This document shows, one piece after another, positions 1 to 6,126 of a stretch of DNA of 32,000 nucleotides. A program made the translations under genes and the position numbers. Numbering within the stretch: position 1 is the first letter of the stretch; every line of letters begins with the position of its first letter. The DNA lies in the NCBI RefSeq assembly GCF_000009705.1, contig NC_003272.1, forward strand, positions 3,690,001 to 3,722,000, in the 5' to 3' direction. Below the pieces are notes generated by a model that worked only from the letters and a program-made list of their open reading frames with translations, had not been told where the DNA came from and did not search any database. Source of the DNA: Nostoc sp. PCC 7120 = FACHB-418. GTDB lineage: Bacteria; Cyanobacteriota; Cyanobacteriia; Cyanobacteriales; Nostocaceae.

Positions 1-667
1 GCATGGTTTGATATACCATTGTGTTCCAACCTTTCTCTTTCAAATAGTCTAACCCTTGCCCTACATCAGGAGAAGCCAAATCGTGAAATAAAATTAAAGC
101 ATCCGGTTCTGCAAGTTGTTCACAAATAATTGCATCATTAAGTGGGGCTGGTGCTTCATGATGACCATCTATAAAAATCAACGACCATTTACGTTGAAAT
201 TGATTTGCTATCTCTGCTACTTTTTGGGGGCTGTATCCTGGTATGAGATTTACTGATTCCTTTACCCCTGCTGACTTCAGTGATTCTGTAACGCTTTCAT
301 TAAACAATTGTTCAGCAAGCATAGGATCAATGACATCAAGCTCTACTCCTCCTAGAGCTAAATGACAAGCTGACCAACCCATCCAACAACCTATTTCTAA
401 AGCTTTTTTCCCCTTAAATTTTAAAGCTGTATTGTATAAAATGTGAGCCTCATCTCTGCTAACAAATCCCACCTCTTGACGGCGCTGATCAACATAAAAG
501 TTATGAGCAATATCTCGCCGGAGATAAAACCAAAAAGAATCATATCTGTTGCCCAAAATCATATTGGGAAAACATGAGTCTGGTTGAATAGTAGAAAAAC
601 CGGACGAAACATAATCTCCGGTTGGAAATGACTCATTTTTTATTACTTTTACTGTGTTTTCTTTCAT
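1..667 (-). CDS. class I SAM-dependent methyltransferase (Methyltransf_24/CmcI-like fold), C-terminal end runs off the window
   Basis: Absent from the supplied ORF track because it is open at the window edge. My minus-strand translation from the ATG at 667..665 reads MKENTVKVIKNESFPTGDYV...KALEIGCWMGWSACHLALGG...WSLIFIDGHHEAPAPLND...ILFHDLASPDV, with no stop down to position 1. It has a Gly-rich motif-I-like EIGCWMGWS and an FIDGHH motif. Confidence 0.55.
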   Translation of the reverse strand, partial: MKENTVKVIKNESFPTGDYVSSGFSTIQPDSCFPNMILGNRYDSFWFYLRRDIAHNFYVDQRRQEVGFVSRDEAHILYNTALKFKGKKALEIGCWMGWSACHLALGGVELDVIDPMLAEQLFNESVTESLKSAGVKESVNLIPGYSPQKVAEIANQFQRKWSLIFIDGHHEAPAPLNDAIICEQLAEPDALILFHDLASPDVGQGLDYLKEKGWNTMVYQTM

Positions 668-924
668 AGATAATTGTCTGAGTATTGGATCAACCAAAAT
701 TTAGCCACAATATATAGAGGCGATTTTGATCATAGGTAATGGGTAATTGGTAAATTTTGTTCCTATTACCGAAAACTCCACCCACAAAGGGATGGAGTCT
801 TTCATGTCATCGAACTCACCTTGTATCAATCCCCGTCAGGAATTGAAATAGATTTTAACCAAATAACTGATTGATCAATGGGAAATTTAGCTTAAAACAA
901 GAATTCCCTACCCAGCACAGTTTA

Positions 925-1578
925 TTAGCGATGAACAAGCCCATCAGGCATAATCGCACCACTTAAGTTTGCGCCTATCAACTTTACCAGTAGGCGATCG
1001 CCTGAACGAATCCGCGCTCCTGTCAGGTCTGCACCCCGCAAGTCAGCACCACTGAGATCAGCACCAATTAAATTAGCAGAGCGCAAATTCGCTTCTCTTA
1101 AGTCAGCTAAGAGTAAATTGGCTCTAAACAAGTTGGCCTCTGACAAATCCGCACCTCTGAGAATCACTTTGTGCATAAAAGTGTCACTGAGATTAGCACC
1201 GCTCAGGTTAGCATAGCTGAGGTTTCTGCCAGATAAATCTTTGTTACTCAAATTTGCCCGACTAAAATCTTTGCCACTCAAGTCTGAGTTCTGTTTTTGT
1301 GGCTGATGGGTTTCTTGGTATGATTTTTGGGGTTCCGGTGGGCGATGGTGATAAACATGATGAGCCTTACCATTGCCATTTAACGAGCGCAATTTGTCAC
1401 GAGCTTCGTTAATGGCCTTGAGTTTGTCTTGTGCTTTTTGTTGCAAGCGGACATTATCTTTGGGTAGGCGATCGGGATGCCACACAAACACCAAATCCTT
1501 ATAAGCTTGGTTAACTTCCTCAAGGGTAGCCCCTACTTCCAATTCCAATACCCTATAATACCGCTCCAGCTCGCTCAT
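925..1578 (-). CDS. J-domain (DnaJ-like) protein fused to pentapeptide repeats
   Basis: The N-terminal J domain has the HPD tripeptide ([14 protein letters not shown]). The C-terminal ~110 aa are A(D/N)LxX pentapeptide repeats ([57 protein letters not shown]). Confidence 0.85.
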   Translation of the reverse strand: MSELERYYRVLELEVGATLEEVNQAYKDLVFVWHPDRLPKDNVRLQQKAQDKLKAINEARDKLRSLNGNGKAHHVYHHRPPEPQKSYQETHQPQKQNSDLSGKDFSRANLSNKDLSGRNLSYANLSGANLSDTFMHKVILRGADLSEANLFRANLLLADLREANLRSANLIGADLSGADLRGADLTGARIRSGDRLLVKLIGANLSGAIMPDGLVHR

Positions 1579-1852
1579 AAGATGTTTTAGTGGCGAATCA
1601 ACTTAATTATGAGAGATATAGCCCTCCATATTTATCAATAGGGACTGGGCAGTTCCGTAGTCACTTTTACATAGTTTAGATGCTACGGTAAAACATTAGT
1701 ACTCAGACATTATATAAGCCTATCGCAGCAAACTCAGTCTATCAATAACTTTTTTCCCTGCCAGTCCGGAGATAGGAATTCAGAAATCAGAATCGAGTGT
1801 GGAAATCCAAATTTACTTGTTGCTCTATTCTAGATTCTGAAGGCTTCAGCAA

Positions 1853-2347
1853 TTATCTTTCGGCTTGCCTATTTCTCCATCTAGTGATAGCTCGAAAATA
1901 TGCGGCTACGGGAATTTGATAAACTTCTATAAAAATCCAAATAATAATTGATAAATGCGACAAAAAAGTTAATATTGTCCAAATATACGGCAGCCAAGTC
2001 AGAGGATCATGCACTGTCGGTGGAAAATAATAAGCGACAATGCCAATTAAAGTTGTAGGCAGTAAGACAAAAATAGTGGCAGCTAACCCATAACCCCAAC
2101 CTAATTCTACACCTTCTAACTGAGCTTCTGCCCAATTAAAGCCATTCCAGCGCCAAATTAAAGGAGGTTGACGAGAAGGCATCTTAATTTGCTGCTGTTC
2201 TATATTGACAGTAAAAATCTCGTGGCAGAAATCACAACCCATCGCCTCCATCAACGGTATGTGAGAAATTTTCCCTACTCGACAAACCGGACAGGGATAA
2301 ACATCATGAGTATCGAAAGGTTTGGTAAAGAGTTTAGACCTGGACAT
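1853..2347 (-). CDS. conserved hypothetical Zn-ribbon membrane protein
   Basis: Two CxxC pairs (CPVCRVGK ... CDFCHEIF) are followed by two hydrophobic helices. The track start at 2353 is a TTG; the first ATG is at 2347 (MSRSKLF). Confidence 0.55.
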   Translation of the reverse strand: MSRSKLFTKPFDTHDVYPCPVCRVGKISHIPLMEAMGCDFCHEIFTVNIEQQQIKMPSRQPPLIWRWNGFNWAEAQLEGVELGWGYGLAATIFVLLPTTLIGIVAYYFPPTVHDPLTWLPYIWTILTFLSHLSIIIWIFIEVYQIPVAAYFRAITRWRNRQAER

Positions 2348-2636
2348 AATCAAACTGTCTTGAAAATAGCAATTAGGGACTGGTGAGCCAACAGGGTATT
2401 CGGAGTTTTCCTCATAAAGCTGATAATTGTGTGTAAAAAATACCTCTGTAGGCTCATGTTATGGTTTGATTTACTGATAATTATGCTCATCGATTACTCA
2501 TTACCTAACCAATAAGATTGATCTAAATTGAGAACGGTCTATTAATAATAAACATCCTGCTATATATCTACCAGGAAAAGGCTTTGAGTCTCAGATTTGT
2601 ACTGAGTTTATCGTTTTTCCAGAAGTTTTGCTGGTC

Positions 2637-2665
2637 TTGACGCTACCAAATTCTTCTGTTATCTT
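2637..2665 (+). promoter_or_regulatory. candidate sigma70-type promoter for the aroF leader (TTGACG-17 nt-TATCTT)
   Basis: TTGACG at 2637-2642, a 17-nt spacer, then TATCTT (TAnnnT) at 2660-2665. This lies ~36 nt upstream of the first leader ORF. It is a sequence match only, and other -10-like hexamers (TAAGAT at 2671) are nearby. Confidence 0.25.
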
Positions 2666-2707
2666 TGTTTTAAGATAACGTAATACGTATACTTTTCGCT
2701 TACTATT

Positions 2708-2770
2708 GTGCATACACTCAGCAGCAGTTGTTATTTTTATTTTTGGCGTAAGGCGGTTCACGGGGTGTGA
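2708..2770 (+). CDS. candidate leader peptide 1, 20 codons: (M)HTLSSSCYFYFWRKAVHGV
   Basis: GTG start, no upstream in-frame ATG (TAA at 2681), no obvious SD. It has five consecutive aromatic codons, TAT TTT TAT TTT TGG, at 2732-2746. Codons 16-18 (GCG GTT CAC, 2753-2761) form the antiterminator arm. Stop TGA is at 2768-2770. Confidence 0.4.
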   Translation: MHTLSSSCYFYFWRKAVHGV

Positions 2771-2806
2771 ATTAAGTTTCCCAATGGAAACCGCCCAGTG
2801 AACCGC
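2753..2806 (+). promoter_or_regulatory. antiterminator pairing of attenuator module 1
   Basis: GCGGTTCAC (2753-2761) is perfectly complementary to GTGAACCGC (2798-2806). The latter overlaps the 5' arm of terminator 1 (2801-2810), so the two structures are mutually exclusive. An alternative 7-bp pairing GGCGGTT (2752-2758)/AACCGCC (2789-2795) also exists. Confidence 0.45.
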
Positions 2807-2834
2807 AGAGCGAACTCTGCGGTTTTTGTTTTTT
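2801..2834 (+). terminator. intrinsic terminator T1 in the aroF leader
   Basis: Perfect 10-bp stem AACCGCAGAG/CTCTGCGGTT with loop CGAA, running into TTTTTGTTTTTT. No upstream + strand CDS exists for it to terminate. Confidence 0.7.
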
Positions 2835-2855
2835 CAGGAGTAAAATTTTATCGTG

Positions 2856-2918
2856 ATGACCTATTTTATTAGCTGGTTTTATAGCTTTTACTTTTGGCCC
2901 AAACCAAGTTCCGGGTAA
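2856..2918 (+). CDS. candidate leader peptide 2, 20 codons: MTYFISWFYSFYFWPKPSSG
   Basis: ATG at 2856 (in-frame GTG at 2853), preceded by AGGAG at 2836-2840. Nine of 20 codons are aromatic (3 Tyr, 4 Phe, 2 Trp). Codons 18-20 (AGT TCC GGG) overlap the antiterminator arm. Stop TAA is at 2916-2918. Confidence 0.55.
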   Translation: MTYFISWFYSFYFWPKPSSG

Positions 2919-2954
2919 ATAGCGTCATGCCGATAAATCATACGCGCCCGGAAC
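2908..2954 (+). promoter_or_regulatory. antiterminator pairing of attenuator module 2
   Basis: GTTCCGGG (2908-2915, inside the end of leader ORF 2) is complementary to CCCGGAAC (2947-2954), which is the 5' arm of terminator 2. Confidence 0.45.
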
Positions 2955-2980
2955 CCCAAGGTTCTGGGCTTTTTTGTTTT
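2946..2980 (+). terminator. intrinsic terminator T2 in the aroF leader
   Basis: 10-bp stem GCCCGGAACC/GGTTCTGGGC (one G-U pair), loop CCAA, followed by TTTTTTGTTTT. Confidence 0.7.
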
Positions 2981-2999
2981 CAAAAGTTTAGGGAGTCAT

Positions 3000-3045
3000 C
3001 AATTCAAAATACCCTACGGGAAGCTAAAGCTACAAAATTCAAAAT
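3000..3045. repeat. left copy of a 46-bp perfect inverted repeat bracketing aroF
   Basis: CAATTCAAAATACCCTACGGGAAGCTAAAGCTACAAAATTCAAAAT is the exact reverse complement of 4068-4113. Confidence 0.95.
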
Positions 3046-3063
3046 TCAAAATTGATAATAACT

Positions 3064-3093
3064 CCCCAGTCCCCAGTCCCCAATCCCCAACCC
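3064..3093. repeat. STRR heptamer array (CCCCAGT/CCCCAAT)
   Basis: CCCCAGTCCCCAGTCCCCAATCCCCAACCC lies between terminator T2 and the aroF RBS. This is the classic Nostocales short tandemly repeated repetitive sequence. Confidence 0.85.
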
Positions 3094-3110
3094 TTTAGGA
3101 GAATCCAACC

Positions 3111-3983
3111 ATGATTAACGCTAAACTCGTTGCCCAATCTCACCCTAATCACCAGACAATTGTTCAAATCTCAGAAACAGTTGCTTTTGGTGGGAAAGAA
3201 TTAGTAATTATCGGTGGCCCTTGTACAGTGGAAAGCTTAGAGCAAATGGAGACGGTCGCTCAACATTTAGAAGGCTCGTCTGTACAGGCGTTGCGGGGTG
3301 GTGTTTACAAACCTCGTACATCACCCTACGCTTTCCAGGGTATGGGAGAGGCTGGATTAGATGTTTTAGCTCAGGTGCGATCGCATTACAATATGCCTGT
3401 TGTGACTGAAGTGATGTCAATTGCTCAAATTGAGGCAATCGCCACCCATGTTGATATGTTGCAGGTGGGTAGCCGCAATATGCAGAACTTCGATTTACTC
3501 AAAGCCTTAGGACAAGCGGGTAAGCCCATACTTCTCAAGCGTGGTTTAGCCGCGACAATAGAAGAATTTGTGATGGCGGCTGAATACGTCGTCAGTCATG
3601 GTAATCCTGATGTGGTGCTGTGTGAACGGGGTATCCGTAGCTTCGATAATTACACCCGCAACGTTTTAGATTTAGCAGCAGTAGTAGCACTCAAGCAAAT
3701 TACTCATTTACCTGTGATTGTCGATCCTTCCCATGCTGTGGGTAAACGGGAACTAGTTGCACCTTTAGCTAAGGCGGCTGTGGCTTGTGGTGCAGATGGT
3801 TTAATTATTGAGTGTCATCCAGAACCAGAAAAATCTGTGTCTGATGCCCGTCAGGCTTTATCTTTAGAAGATATGGTGAGTTTGGTTGATAGTTTAAAGC
3901 CTGTAGCCTTAGCTGTTGGACGGACTATATCAGAAATAAAAGGGGTGGGTTTCAAGCCTACCCCTATTTGTTGTGTGGCTTAA
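3111..3983 (+). CDS. aroF: 3-deoxy-7-phosphoheptulonate (DAHP) synthase, type I-beta
   Basis: AGGAG lies 9 nt upstream of the ATG. Motifs are [35 protein letters not shown] and [14 protein letters not shown], typical of the KDO8PS-like DAHPS subfamily. At 290 aa it is essentially the catalytic barrel only. Confidence 0.9.
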   Translation: MINAKLVAQSHPNHQTIVQISETVAFGGKELVIIGGPCTVESLEQMETVAQHLEGSSVQALRGGVYKPRTSPYAFQGMGEAGLDVLAQVRSHYNMPVVTEVMSIAQIEAIATHVDMLQVGSRNMQNFDLLKALGQAGKPILLKRGLAATIEEFVMAAEYVVSHGNPDVVLCERGIRSFDNYTRNVLDLAAVVALKQITHLPVIVDPSHAVGKRELVAPLAKAAVACGADGLIIECHPEPEKSVSDARQALSLEDMVSLVDSLKPVALAVGRTISEIKGVGFKPTPICCVA

Positions 3984-4067
3984 ATTTTTCCTGGGAGTGG
4001 GGAGCGATTATTCATTTTGAATTGATTCCTCCCCTGTTTCTTCTCCTCCCTCATCCCATCCGGTTTT

Positions 4068-4113
4068 ATTTTGAATTTTGTAGCTTTAGCTTCCCGTAGG
4101 GTATTTTGAATTG
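4068..4113. repeat. right copy of the 46-bp perfect inverted repeat bracketing aroF
   Basis: Exact reverse complement of 3000-3045. It abuts the doxX stop codon (4114-4116). A further partial copy, ATTTTGAATTGAT at 4014-4026, matches the reverse complement of 2998-3010. Confidence 0.95.
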
Positions 4114-4524
4114 TTATTCCTCTGGCTGTGAGACATAAGAAGAGCGATCGCTTGCTTCTAAACTAAGAGTGCCAGAACCATAAGCGAGGATGAGTAACAG
4201 TCCGCCAATAATAGACAAATTCTTGAAAAAATTATTGAATTGACTAGGATCAGCGAAGGGATTGTGAAACACGATGGTAGCAGGAATGAGGAAAATGATG
4301 AGTAAAATCGCGCCAATCTCTGCTTTATAGCCCAGAATAATAGACAATCCACCTAATATCTGAAATGCAATAGTAAAAATTAGTAGTACTCCTACTATAG
4401 GTAGTCCGGCTTTAGCCATAGATTCACTAGTCTGGGCAAAGTTAAAGACTTTGTTCACGCCAGCGTAAATAAAAATCACAGCCAGAAAAGAACGAGCGAC
4501 CAAAGGAATGTATTTTTTTAACAT
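4114..4524 (-). CDS. DoxX family membrane protein
   Basis: MLKKYIPLVARSFLAVIFIYAGVNK... with four hydrophobic helices typical of DoxX. I prefer the internal ATG at 4524 over the track start at 4578, which would overlap the divergent gene. Confidence 0.75.
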   Translation of the reverse strand: MLKKYIPLVARSFLAVIFIYAGVNKVFNFAQTSESMAKAGLPIVGVLLIFTIAFQILGGLSIILGYKAEIGAILLIIFLIPATIVFHNPFADPSQFNNFFKNLSIIGGLLLILAYGSGTLSLEASDRSSYVSQPEE

Positions 4525-4572
4525 GGTAGATAGCTCCAGATTCAGATAGTGAAATTGGGTTACGGGTGCAAA

Positions 4573-5355
4573 ATGCAAAGATACTTGAAAGTACTAAAAC
4601 TATTTTGGGGTGCAGCGATCGCTGCTGAGATAGAATATCGTATCAACTTCTTCATCGCTACCCTCAGTAGTATAGGCAATTTAGCAGGCAGCCTGTTTGG
4701 ACTATTCTTGTTTTACCGGAATGGCTATACTTTTAGTGGCTGGTCATGGGAAGCAGCTTTAGTTGTGTTGGGAATTTTTACTTTACTGCAAGGCTTTTCT
4801 GCTACTTTTCTCGCTCCCAATCTCAACCGTATTGTTCGCCATGTCCAAGAAGGGACTTTAGATTTTGTTCTGCTCAAACCCATACGTAGTCAGTTTTGGC
4901 TTTCCACTCACACCATATCCCCGTGGGGAGTACCAGATTTAATTTTTGGTGGAGTGATTATTGGTTATGCAGGTAAACGCCTGGGCTTGGGAATTACTAA
5001 CTACCTACCAAGCATCATTCCGTTGTTGTGTGGTGTGATAATTCTTTATAGTCTTTGGTTTATACTAGGTGCAACTAGCATTTGGTTTGTAAAAATCTAT
5101 AACGCCACTGAGGTGTTACGGGGGTTATTAGAGGCGGGTAGATATCCGATGGTAGCTTACCCTGCCGCTTATCGCTTTTTCTTCACTTTTATAGTTCCAG
5201 TAACATTTTTAACTACCGTTCCAGCCGAAGTTATATTAGGTAGAGTGGAAATTCCTTGGTTAATAGGCGGATTAGTCTTGGCTGTGGTGCTTTTTTGGGC
5301 TTCTAGCAAGTTTTGGAGCTTTGCTTTGCGATTTTATACTAGCGCTTCGAGTTAG
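4573..5355 (+). CDS. ABC-2 family transporter permease (ABC2_membrane_6/DUF990-like)
   Basis: MQRYLKVLKLFWGAAIAAEIEYRINFF..., multi-pass membrane protein. The track start at 4549 is a GTG; the first ATG is at 4573. No cognate ATPase is adjacent. Confidence 0.6.
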   Translation: MQRYLKVLKLFWGAAIAAEIEYRINFFIATLSSIGNLAGSLFGLFLFYRNGYTFSGWSWEAALVVLGIFTLLQGFSATFLAPNLNRIVRHVQEGTLDFVLLKPIRSQFWLSTHTISPWGVPDLIFGGVIIGYAGKRLGLGITNYLPSIIPLLCGVIILYSLWFILGATSIWFVKIYNATEVLRGLLEAGRYPMVAYPAAYRFFFTFIVPVTFLTTVPAEVILGRVEIPWLIGGLVLAVVLFWASSKFWSFALRFYTSASS

Positions 5356-5473
5356 TGAAAGCTAATTTTTTGCTGGTAGATTACGATATTTTCACACAAT
5401 ATTCAAAGTTATTACTGAACTGAAAATATACAAATATAAATGAAGCTAGAAGGAGTGAGTTTGTTGTGCATTT

Positions 5474-5770
5474 ATGAAATTGAACCAAATACTCAAACTA
5501 GCGATAATTCCTTCTCTGACAGTATTTATCGTTTTGGGGACATCAAGTCTAGCACTAGCTGACTACCTCAGCAGTCAGGGAGTGGGAGGTAAGTATCGTT
5601 ACGAATTATGGTCTAGTGATGATAACAAAAGTTACTATCTAAAAATTTGGTTACGTGACGCAAGTCACGACAGTAGCCCCTACCGCACAACTAGAGCATT
5701 TACCTCTACAAGGGATGCTCTAATTTATTTTGATTGCAATTATGCTGAGAAAAATTTACCAGAATGTTAG
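5474..5770 (+). CDS. small secreted hypothetical protein (98 aa)
   Basis: The N-terminal signal-like segment is KLAIIPSLTVFIVLGTSSLALA. No family recognised. Confidence 0.45.
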   Translation: MKLNQILKLAIIPSLTVFIVLGTSSLALADYLSSQGVGGKYRYELWSSDDNKSYYLKIWLRDASHDSSPYRTTRAFTSTRDALIYFDCNYAEKNLPEC

Positions 5771-5794
5771 GAACTTCTGGATAAAAAATATCCA

Positions 5795-5859
5795 GTAGGG
5801 TGCGTCAGTGCGATATCACCTAACTATACTCAGACATTATTCATACTGACGCACCCTAC
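5795..5859. repeat. 15-bp perfect inverted repeat hairpin (GTAGGGTGCGTCAGT ... ACTGACGCACCCTAC), dispersed-repeat-like
   Basis: The arms are at 5795-5809 and 5845-5859 with a 35-nt spacer. It is preceded by a separate 7-bp hairpin, CTGGATA-AAAAA-TATCCAG, at 5777-5795. No T-run follows. Confidence 0.75.
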
Positions 5860-6060
5860 CAAACCATCAATTTCGGATAATTTATTTGGCTCTTCAGTTC
5901 CTTTTATGGAGTCGAATAAGAAATAAAATCTAATCAGAGCCTATATTCCTTAGTAGGACTGGAGTTGAAGTTCTTAAGCCTTGCTATAAAACGGCTATTT
6001 CAATGCCACACCATAAAACCAACGCAAGAGCCATTTATTTTTTGGTGTTCCCTAGTAGTA

Positions 6061-6106
6061 GGTAATTGATAATTGACCAGAAGTTCCAATTACCAATTAC
6101 CAAAAC
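6061..6106. repeat. inverted heptamer repeats (GGTAATT / CCAATTA type)
   Basis: GGTAATTGATAATTG opposes CCAATTACCAATTACC, 20-65 nt downstream of the stop of the minus-strand 1038-aa gene. Similar GGTAATG/GGTAATT/GGTAAAT units occur at 735-755. Confidence 0.6.
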
Positions 6107-6126
6107 TAGATAACTGCATCGCTGTT

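Noticed and set aside
1700-1713. 14-mer TACTCAGACATTAT shared between 1700-1713 and the loop of the 5795-5859 hairpin element (5827-5840).
   Set aside because: A rough expectation for chance 14-mer matches within 32 kb on both strands, in AT-rich DNA, is of order one to a few. The flanks do not match. This is not evidence of a shared element.
2168-2386. 72-aa + strand ORF overlapping the Zn-ribbon gene. The same applies to these nested or antisense track ORFs: 3208-3438(-), 3221-3409(+), 4158-4352(-), 7025-7252, 7277-7552, 7877-8170, 8702-9034, 9054-9245, 9077-9289, 10851-11126, 11409-11597, 11756-11953, 12004-12201, 17090-17392, 17447-17719, 18157-18408, 18574-18768, 18913-19104, 23141-23326, 23484-23681, 23816-24022, 24305-24511, 30063-30272.
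   Set aside because: Each lies wholly inside, or antisense to, a longer ORF with recognisable family motifs. Their products are low-complexity (Ser/Arg/Cys-rich) with no recognisable domains. These are typical shadow ORFs.
2801-2980. T1 and T2 as ordinary terminators of an upstream gene.
   Set aside because: Every gene upstream in the window is on the minus strand and transcribed away from this region. There is therefore no + strand transcript to terminate other than one starting in the aroF leader itself. A role as independent small RNAs cannot be excluded; this is noted under the attenuator finding.
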